NCBI GenBank assembly: GCA_964658305.1
Contig: OZ210884.1
Location: 2,232,001 to 2,296,000 of the forward strand
Length of the DNA: 64,000 nt
Origin: Leptogorgia sarmentosa
Taxonomy: Eukaryota
Direction of reading: 5' to 3'
Below the pieces are notes generated by a model. The model was not told the DNA's origin, ran no database searches, and saw only the letters and a program-made list of their open reading frames with translations. Positions 27,420-40,800 of the stretch are shown here, in pieces. The translations under genes were made by a program, and so were the position numbers. Positions within the stretch are counted from its first letter, which is position 1; every line of letters starts with the position of its first letter.

Positions 27420-30400
27420 GGCTACCAATCATCATGCCCTTGCTCGTATTTTTATCACAGGTTTACGAAATTTACGCTGCACATTGCTCTTGGCATGGTG
27501 AATACGCATGGGTAATTTGGTGGCGACACCATTCAAAATGGAAGCCACAGAAGCAGTCAAGTCCCTTCACCTGGTATGGTATATTTGCTATTGCTATTGC
27601 TCCTGTTGAGATTCCTTTGAAACAACGGGCTACCCATCATCATGCCCTTGCTCGTATTTTTATCACAGGTTTACGAAATTTTCGCTGCGCATTGCTCTTG
27701 GCATGGTGAATACGCATGGTAAATTTGGTGGCGACACCATTCAAAATGGAAGCCACAGTAGCAATCAAGTCCCTTCTCCTGGTATGGTATATTTGCTATT
27801 GCTCCTGTTGAGATTCCTTTGAAACAACGGGCTACCCATCATAATGCCCTTGCTCGTATTTTTATAACAGGTTTACGAAATTTACGCTGTACATTGCTCT
27901 TGGCATCGTGAATACGCATGGTAAATTTGGTGGCGACACCATTCAAAATGGAAGCCACAGAAGCAATCAAGTCCCTTCACCTGGTATGGTATATTTGCTA
28001 TTGCTCCTGTTGAGATTCCTTTGAAACAACGGGCTACCAATCATCATGCTCTTGCTCGTATTTTTATCACAGGTTTACGAAATTTACGCTGCACATTGCT
28101 CTTGGCATGGTGAATAAGCATGGTAAATTTGGTGGCGACACCATTCAAAATGGAAGCCACAGAAGCAGTCAAGTCCCTTCACCTGGTATGGTATATTTGC
28201 TATTGCTATTGCTCCTGTTGAGATTCCTTTGAAACAACGGGCTACCCATCATCATGCCCTTGCTCGTATTTTTATCACAGGTTTACGAAAGTTTCGCTGC
28301 GCATTGTTCTTGGCATGGTGAATACGCATGGTAAATTTGGTGGCGACACCATTCAAAATGGAAGCCACAGAAGCAATCAAGTCCCTTCAACTGGTATGGT
28401 ATATTTGCTATTGCTATTGCTCCTGTTGAGATTCCTTTGAAGCAACGGGCTACCCATCATCATGCCCTTGTTCGTATTTTTATCACAGGTTTACGAAATT
28501 TTCGCTGCACATTGCTCTTGGCATGGTGAATACGCATGGTAAATTTGGTGGCGACACCATTCAAAATGGAAGCCACAGAAGCAATCAAGTCCCTTCACCT
28601 GGTATGGTATATTTGCTATTGCTATTGCTCCTGTTGAGATTCCTTTGAAACAACGGGCTACCCATCATCATGCCCTTGCTCGTGTTTTTATCATAGGTTT
28701 ACGAAATTTTCGCTGCACATTGCTCTTGGCATGGTGAATACGCATGGTAAATTTGGTGGCGACACCATTCAAAATGGAACCCACAGAAGCAATCAAGTCC
28801 CTTCACCTGGTATGGTATATTTGCTATTGCTATTGCTCCTGTTGAGATTCCTTTGAAACAACGGGCTACCCATCATCATGCCCTTGCTCGTATTTTTATC
28901 ACAGGTTTACGAAATTTTCGCTGCGCATTGCTCTTGGCATGGTGAATACGCATGGTAAATTTGGTGGCGACACCATTCAAAATGGAAGCAACAGAAGCAA
29001 TCAAGTCCCTTCACCTGGTATGGTATATTTGCTATTGCTATTGCTCCTGTTGAGATTCCTTTGAAACAACGGGCTACCCATCATCATGCCCTTGCTCGTA
29101 TTTTTATCACAGGTTTACGAAATTTTCGCTGCACATTGCTCTTTGCATGGTGAATACGCATGGTAAATTTGGTGGCGACACCATTCAAAATGGAAGCCAC
29201 AGAAGCAATCAAGTCCCTTCACCTGGTATGGTATATTTGCTATTGCTCCTGTTGAGATTCCTTTGAAACAACGGGCTACCCATCATCATGCCCTTGCTCG
29301 TATTTTTATCACAGGTTTACGAAATTTTCGCTGCACATTGCTCTTGGCATGGCGAATACGCATGGTAAATTTGGTGGCGACACCATTCAAAATGGAAGCC
29401 ACAGAAGCAATCAAGTCCCTTCACCTGGTATGGTATATTTGCTGTTGCTATTGCTCCTGTTGAGATTCCTTTGAAACAACGGGCTACCCATCATCATGCC
29501 CTTGCTCGTATTTTTATCACAGGTTTACGAAATTTTCGCTACACATTGCTCTTGGCATGGTGAATACGCATGGTAAATTTGGTGGCGACACCATTCAAAA
29601 TGGAAGCCACAGAAGCAATCAAGTCCCTTCACCTGGTATGGTATATTTGCTATTGCTCCTGTTGAGATTCCTTTGAAACAACGGGCTACCCATCATCATG
29701 CCCTTGCTCGTTTTTTATCACAGGTTTACAAAATTTTCGCTGCACATTGCTCTTGGCATGGTGAATACGCATGGTAAATTTGGTGGCGACACCATTCAAA
29801 ATGGAAGCCACAGAAGCAATCAAGTCCCTTTACCTGGTATGGTATATTTGCTATTGCTCCTGTTTAGATTCCTTTGAAACAACGGGCTACCCATCATCAT
29901 GCCCTTGCTCGTATTTTTATCACAGGTTTACGAAATGTTTGCTGCACATTGCTCTTGGCATGGTGAATACGCATGGTAAATTTGGTGGCGACACCATTCA
30001 AAATGGAAGCCAGAGAAGCAATCAAGTCCCTTCACCTGGTATGGTATATTTGCTATTGCTATTGCTCCTGTTGAGATTCCTTTGAAACAACGGGCTACCC
30101 ATTATCATGCCCTTGCTCGTATTTTTATCACAGGTTTACGAAATTTTCGCTGCACATTGCTCTTGGCGATGGTGAATACGCATTGTAAATTTGGTGGCGA
30201 CACCATTCAAAATGGAAGCCACAGAAGCAATCAAGTCCCTTCACCTGGTATGGTATATTTGCTGTTGCTATTGCTCCTGTTGAGATTCCTTTGAAACAAC
30301 GGGCTACCCATCATCATGCCCTTGCTCGTATTTTTATCACAGGTTTACGAAATTTTCGCTACACATTGCTTTTGGCATGGTGAATACGCATGGTAAATTT

Positions 30401-33400
30401 GGTGGCGACACCATTCAAAATGGAAGCCACAGAAGCAATCAAGTCCCTTCACCTGGTATGGTATATTTGCTATTGCTATTGCTCCTGTTGAGATTCCTTT
30501 GAAACAACGGGCTACCAATCATCATGCCCTTGCTCGTATTTTTATCACAGGTTTACGAAATTTACGCTGCACATTGCTCTTGGCATGGTGAATACGCATG
30601 GGTAATTTGGTGGCGACACCATTCAAAATGGAAGCCACAGAAGCAGTCAAGTCCCTTCACCTGGTATGGTATATTTGCTATTGCTATTGCTCCTGTTGAG
30701 ATTCCTTTGAAACAACGGGCTACCCATCATCATGCCCTTGCTCGTATTTTTATCACAGGTTTACGAAATTTTCGCTGCGCATTGCTCTTGGCATGGTGAA
30801 TACGCATGGTAAATTTGGTGGCGACACCATTCAAAATGGAAGCCACAGAAGCAATCAAGTCCCTTCTCCTGGTATGGTATATTTGCTATTGCTCCTGTTG
30901 AGATTCCTTTGAAACAACGGGCTACCCATCATAATGCCCTTGCTCGTATTTTTATAACAGGTTTACGAAATTTACGCTGTACATTGCTCTTGGCATGGTG
31001 AATACGCATGGTAAATTTGGTGGCGACACCATTCAAAATGGAAGCCACAGAAGCAATCAAGTCCCTTCACCTGGTATGGTATATTTGCTATTGCTCCTGT
31101 TGAGATTCCTTTGAAACAACGGGCTACCAATCATCATGCTCTTGCTCGTATTTTTATCACAGGTTTACGAAATTTACGGTGCACATTGCTCTTGGCATGG
31201 TGAATACGCATGGTAAATTTGGTGGCGACACCATTCAACATGGAAGCCACAGAAGCAGTCAAGTCCCTTCACCTGGTATGGTATATTTGCTATTGCTATT
31301 GCTCCTGTTGAGATTCCTTTGAAACAACGGGCTACCCATCATCATGCCCTTGCTCGTATTTTTATCACAGGTTTACGAAAGTTTCGCTGCGCATTGCTCT
31401 TGGCATGGTGAATACGCATGGTAAATTTGGTGGCGACACCATTCAAAATGGAAGCCACAGCAGCAATCAAGTCCCTTCAACTGGTATGGTATATTTGCTA
31501 TTGCTATTGCTCCTGTTGAGATTCCTTTGAAGCAACGGGCTACCCATCATCATGCCCTTGTTCGTATTTTTATCACAGGTTTACGAAATTTTCGCTGCAC
31601 ATTGCTCTTGGCATGGTGAATACGCATGGTAAATTTGGTGGCGACACCATTCAAAATGGAAGCCACAGAAGCAATCAAGTCCCTTCACCTGGTATGGTAT
31701 ATTTGCTATTGCTATTGCTCCTGTTGAGATTCCTTTGAAACAACGGGCTACCCATCATCATGCCCTTGCTCGTATTTTTATCACAGGTTTACGAAATTTT
31801 CGCTGCACATTGCTCTTGGCATGGTGAATACGCATGGTAAATTTGGTGGCGACACCATTCAAAATGTAACCCACAGAAGCAATCAAGTCCCTTCACCTGG
31901 TATGGTATATTTGCTATTGCTATTGCTCCTGTTGAGATTCCTTTGAAACAACGGGCTACCCATCATCATGCCCTTGCTCGTATTTTTATCACAGGTTTAC
32001 GAAATTTTCGCTGCGCATTGCTCTTAGCATGGTGAATGCGCATGGTAAATTTGGTGGCGACACCATTCAAAATGGAAGCAACAGAAGCAATCAAGTCCCT
32101 TCACCTGGTATGGTATATTTGCTATTGCTCCTGTTGAGATTCCTTTGAAACAACGGGCTACCCATCATCATGCCCTTGCTCGTATTTTTATCACTGGTTT
32201 ACGAAATTTTCACTGCACATTGCTCTTGGCATGGCGAATACGCATGGTAAATTTGGTGGCGACACCATTCAAAATGGAAGCCACAGAAGCAATCAAGTCC
32301 CTTCACCTGGTATGGTATATTTGCTGTTGCTATTGCTCCTGTTGAGATTCCTTTGAAACAACGGGCTACCCATCATCATGCCCTTGCTCGTATTTTTATC
32401 ACAGGTTTACGAAATTTTCGCTACACATTGCTCTTGGCATGGTGAATACGCATGGTAAATTTGGTGGCGACACCATTCAAAATGGAAGCCACAGAAGCAA
32501 TCAAGTCCCTTCACCTGGTATGGTATATTTGCTATTGCTCCTGTTGAGATTCCTTTGAAACAACGGGCTACCCATCATCATGCCCTTGCTCGTTTTTTAT
32601 CACAGGTTTACAAAATTTTCGCTGCACATTGCTCTTGGCATGGTGAATAGGCATGGTAAATTTGGTGGCGACACCATTCAAAATGGAAGCCACAGAAGCA
32701 ATCAAGTCCCTTTACCTGGTATTTTATATTTGCTATTGCTCCTGTTTAGATTCCTTTGAAACAACGGGCTACCCATCATCATGCCCTTGCTCGTATTTTT
32801 ATCACAGGTTTACGAAATGTTTGCTGCACATTGCTCTTGGCATGGTGAATACGCATGGCAAATTTGGTGGCGACACCATTCAAAATGGAAGCCAGAGAAG
32901 CAATCAAGTCCCTTCACCTGGTATGGTATATTTGCTATTGCTATTGCTCCTGTTGAGATTCCTTTGAAACAACGGGCTACCCATCATCATGCCCTTGCTC
33001 GTATTTTTATCACAGGTTTACGAAATTTTCGCTGCACATTGCTCTTGGCGATGGTGAATACGCATGGTAAATTTGGTGGCGACACCATTCAAAATGGAAG
33101 CCACAGAAGCAATCAAGTCCCTTCACCTGGTATGGTATATTTGCTGTTGCTATTGCTCCTGTTGAGATTCCTTTGAAACAACGGGCCACCCATCATCATG
33201 CCCTTGCTCGTATTTTTATCACAGGTTTACGAAATTTTCGCTACACATTGCTTTTGGCATGGTGAATACGCATGGTAAATTTGGTGGCGACACCATTCAA
33301 AATGGAAGCCACAGAAGCAATCAAGTCCCTTCACCTGGTATGGTATATTTGCTATTGCTATTGCTCCTGTTGAGATTCCTTTGAAACAACGGGCTACCCA
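27420..33400 (+). repeat. Tandem 15/14-mer higher-order repeat (period 3090 then 2882 bp), more diverged copies
   Basis: ORF offsets are 27434>30524 (3090), 29263>32145 and 29771>32653 (2882). Shared variants include GGGTAATT, AAAGTTTC, GAAGCAAC, GGCGAAT, TGTTTAGA and AATGTTTG. Confidence 0.85.
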
Positions 33401-36400
33401 TCATCATGCCCTTGCTCGTATTTTTATCACAGGTTTACGAAATTTTCGCTGCACATTGCTCTTGGCATGGTGAATACGCATGGTAAATTTGGTGGCGACA
33501 CTATTCAAAATGGAAGCCACAGAAGCAATCAAGTCCCTTCACCTGGTATGGTATATTTGCTATTGCTATTGCTCCTGTTGAGATTCCTTTGAAACAACGG
33601 GCTACCCATCATCATGCCCTTGCTCGTATTTTTATCACAGGTTTACGAAATTTTCGCTGCACATTGCTCTTGGAATGGTGAATACGCATGGTAAATTTGG
33701 TGGCGACACCATTCAAAATGGAAGCCACAGAAGCAATCAAGTCCCTTCACCTGGTATGGTATATTTGCTATTGCTATTGCTCCTGTTGAGATTCCTTTGA
33801 AACAACGGGCTACCCATCATCATGCCCTTGCTCGTATTTTTATCACAGGTTTACGAAATTTTCGCTGCACATTGCTCTTGGCATGGTGAATACGCATGGT
33901 AAATTTGGTGGCGACACCATTCAAAATGGAAGCCACAGAAGCAATCAAGTCCCTTCACCTGGTATGGTATATTTCCTATTGCTATTGCTCCTGTTGAGAT
34001 TCCTTTGAAACAACGGGCTACCCATCATCATGCCCTTGCTCGTATTTTTATCACAGGTTTACGAAATTTTCGCTGAACATTGCTCTTGGCGATGGTGAAT
34101 ACGCATGGTAAATTTGGTGGCGACACCATTCAAAATGGAAGCCACAGAAGTAATCAAGTCCCTTCACCTGGTATGGTATATTTGCTATTGCTATTGCTCC
34201 TGTTGAGATTGCTTTGAAACAACGGGCTACCCATCATCATGCCCTTGCTCGTATTTTTATCACAGGTTTACGAACTTTTCCCTGCACATTGCCCCTGGCA
34301 TGCTGAATACGCATGGTAAATTTGGTGGCGACACCATTCAAAATGGAAGCCACAGAAGCAATCAAGTCCCTTCACCTGGTATGGTATATTTGCTATTGCT
34401 ATTGCTCCTGTTGAGATTCCTTTGAAACAACGGGCTACCCATCATCATGCCCTTGCTCGTATTTTTATCACAGGTTTACGAAATTTTCGCTGCACATTGC
34501 TCTTGGCGATGGTGAATACGCATGGTAAATTTGGTGGCGACACCATTCAAAATGGAAGCCACAGAAGCAATCAAGTCCCTTCACCTGGTATGGTATATTT
34601 GCTATTGCTATTGCTCCTGTTGAGATTGCTTTGAAACAACGGGCTACCCATCATCATGCCCTTGCTCGTATTTTTATCACAGGTTTACGAACTTTTCGCT
34701 GCACATTGCTCTTGGCATGGTGAATACGCATGGTAAATTTTGTGGCGACACCAATCAAAATGGAAGCCACAGAAGCAATCAAGTCCCTTCACCTGGTATG
34801 GTATATTTGCTGTTGCTATTGCTCCTTTTGAGATTCCTTTGAAACAACGGGCTACCCATCATCATGCCCTTGCTCGTATTTTTATCACAGGTTTACGAAA
34901 TTTTCGCTACACATTGCTCTTGGCATGGTGAATACGCATGGTAAATTTGGTGGCGACACCATTCAAAATGGAAGCCACAGAAGCAATCAAGTCCCTTCAC
35001 CTGGTATGGTATATTTGCTATTGCTCCTGTTGAGATTCTTTGAAACAACGGGCTACCCATCATCATGCCCTTGCTCGTTTTTTATCACAGGTTTACAAAA
35101 TTTTCGCTGCACATTGCTCTTGGCATGGTGAATACGCATGGTAAATTTGGTGGCGACACCATTCAAAATGGAAGCCACAGAAGCAATCAAGTCCCTTTAC
35201 CTGGTATGGTATATTTGCTATTGCTCCTGTTTAGATTCCTTTGAAACAACGGGCTACCCATCATCATGCCCTTGCTCGTATTTTTATCACAGGTTTACGA
35301 AATGTTTGCTGCACATTGCTCTTGGCATGGTGAATACGCATGGCAAATTTGGTGGCGACACCATTCAAAATGGAAGCCAGAGAAGCAATCAAGTCCCTTC
35401 ACCTGGTATGGTATATTTGCTATTGCTATTGCTCCTGTTGAGATTCCTTTGAAACAACGGGCTACCCATCATCATGCCCTTGCTCGTATTTTTATCACAG
35501 GTTTACGAAATTTTCGCTGCACATTGCTCTTGGCGATGGTGAATACGCATGGTAAATTTGGTGGCGACACCATTCAAAATGGAAGCCACAGAAGCAATCA
35601 AGTCCCTTCACCTGGTATGGTATATTTGCTGTTGCTATTGCTCCTGTTGAGATTCCTTTGAAACAACGGGCTACCCATCATCATGCCCTTGCTCGTATTT
35701 TTATCACAGGTTTACGAAATTTTCGCTACACATTGCTTTTGGCATGGTGAATACGCATGGTAAATTTGGTGGCGACACCATTCAAAATGGAAGCCACAGA
35801 AGCAATCAAGTCCCTTCACCTGGTATGGTATATTTGCTATTGCTCCTGTTGAGATTCTTTGAAACAACGGGCTACCCATCATCATGCCCTTGCTCGTTTT
35901 TTATCACAGGTTTACAAAATTTTCGCTGCACATTGCTCTTGGCATGGTGAATACGCATGGTAAATTTGGTGGCGACACCATTCAAAATGGAAGCCACAGA
36001 AGCAATCAAGTCCCTTTACCTGGTATGGTATATTTGCTATTGCTCCTGTTTAGATTCCTTTGAAACAACGGGCTACCCATCATCATGCCCTTGCTCGTAT
36101 TTTTATCACAGGTTTACGAAATGTTTGCTGCACATTGCTCTTGGCATGGTGAATACGCATGGCAAATTTGGTGGCGACACCATTCAAAATGGAAGCCAGA
36201 GAAGCAATCAAGTCCCTTCACCTGGTATGGTATATTTGCTATTGCTATTGCTCCTGTTGAGATTCCTTTGAAACAACGGGCTACCCATCATCATGCCCTT
36301 GCTCGTATTTTTATCACAGGTTTACGAAATTTTCGCTGCACATTGCTCTTGGCGATGGTGAATACGCATGGTAAATTTGGTGGCGACACCATTCAAAATG

Positions 36401-37800
36401 GAAGCCACAGAAGCAATCAAGTCCCTTCACCTGGTATGGTATATTTGCTGTTGCTATTGCTCCTGTTGAGATTCCTTTGAAACAACGGGCTACCCATCAT
36501 CATGCCCTTGCTCGTATTTTTATCACAGGTTTACGAAATTTTCGCTACACATTGCTTTTGGCATGGTGAATACGCATGGTAAATTTGGTGGCGACACCAT
36601 TCAAAATGGAAGCCACAGAAGCAATCAAGTCCCTTCACCTGGTATGGTATATTTGCTATTGCTATTGCTCCTGTTGAGATTCCTTTGAAACAACGGGCTA
36701 CCCATCATCATGCCCTTGCTCGTATTTTTATCACAGGTTTACGAAATTTTCGCTGCACATTGCTCTTGGCATGGTGAATACGCATGGTAAATTTGGTGGC
36801 GACACCATTCAAAATGGAAGCCACAGAAGCAATCAAGTCCCTTCACCTGGTATGGTATATTTGCTATTGCTATTGCTCCTGTTGAGATTCCTTTGAAACA
36901 ACGGGCTACCCATCATCATGCCCTTGCTCGTATTTTTATCACAGGTTTACGAAATTTTCGCTGCACATTGCTCTTGGCATGGTGAATACGCATGGTAAAT
37001 TTGGTGGCGACACCATTCAAAATGGAAGCCACAGAAGCAATCAAGTCCCTTCACCTGGTATGGTATATTTCCTATTGCTATTGCTCCTGTTGAGATTCCT
37101 TTGAAACAACGGGCTACCCATCATCATGCCCTTGCTCGTATTTTTATCACAGGTTTACGAAATTTTCGCTGAACATTGCTCTTGGCGATGGTGAATACGC
37201 ATGGTAAATTTGGTGGCGACACCATTCAAAATGGAAGCCACAGAAGTAATCAAGTCCCTTCACCTGGTATGGTATATTTGCTATTGCTATTGCTCCTGTT
37301 GAGATTGCTTTGAAACAACGGGCTACCCATCATCATGCCCTTGCTCGTATTTTTATCACAGGTTTACGAACTTTTCCCTGCACATTGCCCCTGGCATGCT
37401 GAATACGCATGGTAAATTTGGTGGCGACACCATTCAAAATGGAAGCCACAGAAGCAATCAAGTCCCTTCACCTGGTATGGTATATTTGCTATTGCTATTG
37501 CTCCTGTTGAGATTCCTTTGAAACAACGGGCTACCCATCATCATGCCCTTGCTCGTATTTTTATCACAGGTTTACGAAATTTTCGCTGCACATTGCTCTT
37601 GGCGATGGTGAATACGCATGGTAAATTTGGTGGCGACACCATTCAAAATGGAAGCCACAGAAGCAATCAAGTCCCTTCACCTGGTATGGTATATTTGCTA
37701 TTGCTATTGCTCCTGTTGAGATTGCTTTGAAACAACGGGCTACCCATCATCATGCCCTTGCTCGTATTTTTATCACAGGTTTACGAACTTTTCGCTGCAC
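32330..37800 (+). repeat. Further higher-order duplication containing an internal 4-mer (819 bp) tandem copy
   Basis: ORF offsets are 32653>35138 (2485), 34925>35744 and 35138>35957 (819), and 34422>37518 (3096). TTTCCTATT, CTGAACA, AGTAATC and GCCCCTGGCATGCT occur at ~33975-34305 and ~37070-37400. Confidence 0.8.
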
Positions 37801-40800
37801 ATTGCTCTTGGCATGGTGAATACGCATGGTAAATTTGGTGGCGACACCATTCAAAATGGAAGCCACAGAAGCAATCAAGTCCCTTCACCTGGTATGGTAT
37901 ATTTGCTATTGCTATTGCTCCTGTTGAGATTCCTTTGAAACAACGTGCTACCCATCATCATGCCCTTACTCGTATTTTTATCACAGGTTTACGAAATTTT
38001 CGCTGCACATTGCTCTTGGCGATGGTGAATACGCATGGTAAATTTGGTGGCGACACCATTCAAAATGGAAGCCACAGAAGCAATCAAGTCCCTTCACCTG
38101 GTATGGTATATTTGCTATTGCTATTGCTCCTGTTGAGATTCCTTTGAAACAACGGGCTACCCATCATCATGCCCTTGCTCGTATTTTTATCGCAGGTTTA
38201 CGAAATTTTCGCTGCACATTGCTCTTGGCATGGTGAATACGCATGGTAAATTTTGTGCCAACACCATTCAATGTGGAAGCCACAGAAGCAATCAAGTCCC
38301 TTCACCTGGTATGGTATATTTGCTATTGCTATTGCTCCTGTTGAGATTCCTTTGAAACAACGGGCTACCCATCATCATGCCCTTGCTCGTATTTTTATCA
38401 CAGGTTTACGAAATTTTCGCTGCACATTGCTCTTGGAATGGTGAATACGCATGGTAAATTTGGTGGCGACACCATTCAAAATGGAAGCCACAGAAGCAAT
38501 CAAGTCCCTTCACCTGGTATGGTATATTTGCTATTGCTATTGCTCCTGTTGAGATTCCTTTGAAACAACGGGCTACCCATCATCATGCCCTTGCTCGTAT
38601 TTTTATCACAGGTTTACGAAATTTTCGCTGCACATTGCTCTTGGCATGGTGAATACGCATGGTAAATTTGGTGGCGACACCATTCAAAATGGAAGCCACA
38701 GAAGCAATCAAGTCCCTTCACCTGGTATGGTATATTTCCTATTGCTATTGCTCCTGTTGAGATTCCTTTGAAACAACGGGCTACCCATCATCATGCCCTT
38801 GCTCGTATTTTTATCACAGGTTTACGAAATTTTCGCTGCACATTGCTCTTGGCGATGGTGAATACGCATGGTAAATTTGGTGGCGACACCATTCAAAATG
38901 GAAGCCACAGAAGTAATCAAGTCCCTTCACCTGGTATGGTATATTTGCTATTGCTATTGCTCCTGTTGAGATTGCTTTGAAACAACGGGCTACCCATCAT
39001 CATGCCCTTGCTCGTATTTTTATCACAGGTTTACGAACTTTTCCCTGCACATTGCCTCTGGCATGCTGAATACGCATGGTAAATTTGGTGGCGACACCAT
39101 TCAAAATGGAAGCCACAGAAGCAATCAAGTCCCTTCACCTGGTGTGGTATATTTCCTATTGCTATTGCTCCTGTTGAGATTCCTTTGAAACAACGGGCTA
39201 CCCATCATCATGCCTTTGCTCGTATTTTTATCACAGGTTTACGAAATTTTCGCTGCACATTGCTCTTGGCGATGGTGAATACGCATGGTAAATTTGGTGG
39301 CGACACCATTCAAAATGGAAGCCACAGAAGTAATCAAGTCCCTTCACCTGGTATGGTATATTTGCTATTGCTATTGCTCCTGTTGAGATTGCTTTGAAAC
39401 AACGGGCTACCCATCATCATGCCCTTGCTCGTATTTTTATCACAGGTTTACGAACTTTTCCCTGCACATTGCCCCTGGCATGCTGAATACGCATGGTAAA
39501 TTTGGTGGCGACACCATTCAAAATGGAAGCCACAGAAGCAATCAAGTCCCTTCACCTGGTATGGTATATTTGCTATTGCTATTGCTCCTGTTGAGATTCC
39601 TTTGAAACAACGTGCTACCCATCATCATGCCCTTGCTCGTATTTTTATCACAGGTTTACGAAATTTTCGCTGCACATTGCTCTTGGCGATGGTGAATACG
39701 CATGGTAAATTTGGTGGCGACACCATTCAAAATGGAAGCCACAGAAGCAATCAAGTCCCTTCACCTGGTATGGTATATTTGCTATTGCTATTGCTCCTGT
39801 TGAGATTCCTTTGAAACAACGGGCTACCCATCATCATGCCCTTGCTCGTATTTTTATCACAGGTTTACGAAATTTTCGCTGCACATTGCTCTTGGCATGG
39901 TGAATACGCATGGTAAATTTTGTTCCAACACCATTCAATGTGGAAGCCACAGAAGCAATCAAGTCCCTTCACCTGGTATGGTATATTTGCTATTGCTATT
40001 GCTCCTGTTGAGATTCCTTTGAAACAACGGGCTACCCATCATCATGCCCTTGCTCGTATTTTTATCGCAGGTTTACGAAATTTTCGCTGCACATTGCTCT
40101 TGGCATGGTGAATACGCATGGTTAATTTGGTGGCGACACCATTCAAAATGGAAGCCACAGAAGCAATCAAGTCCCTTCACCTGGTATGGTATATTTGCCA
40201 TTGCTATTGCTCCTGTTGAGATTCCTTTGAAACAACGGGCTACCCATCATCATGCACTTGCTCGTATTTTTATCACAGGTTTACGGAATTTTCGCTACAA
40301 ATTGCTCTTGGCATGGTGAATACGCATGGTAAATTTGGTGGCGACACCATTCAAAATGGAAGCCACAGAAGCAATCAAGTCCCTTCACCTGGTATGGTAT
40401 ATTTGCTATTGCTATTGCTCCTGTTGAGATTCCTTTGAAACAACGTGCTACCCATCATCATGCCCTTGCTCGTATTTTTATCACAGGTTTACGAAATTTT
40501 CGCTGCACATTGCTCTTGGCGATGATGAATACGCATGGTAAATTTGGTGGCGACGCCATTCAAAATGGAAGCCACAGAAGCAATCAAGTCCCTTCACCTG
40601 GTATGGTATATTTGCTATTGCTATTGCTCCTGTTGAGATTCCTTTGAAACAACGGGCTACCCATCATCATGCCCTTGCTCGTATTTTTATCGCAGGTTTA
40701 CGAAATTTTCGCTGCACATTGCTCTTGGCATGGTGAACACGCATGGTAAATTTTGTGCCAACACCATTCAATGTGGAAGCCACAGAAGCAATCAAGTCCC

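Larger units (their letters stand above)
14530..28680 (+). repeat. Large segmental duplication: ~14530-20460 repeated at ~23160-28680 (offset 8631 then 8221 bp)
   Basis: ORF offsets are 14658>23289 and 14867>23498 (8631), then 18374>26595 and 19213>27434 (8221). The 410-bp change equals one 208 plus one 202 monomer. Rare variants TGCTCAAG, GGTGGGGAC, CACCAGG, GTATAGT and TTCAACTGG are shared in order. Confidence 0.9.
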
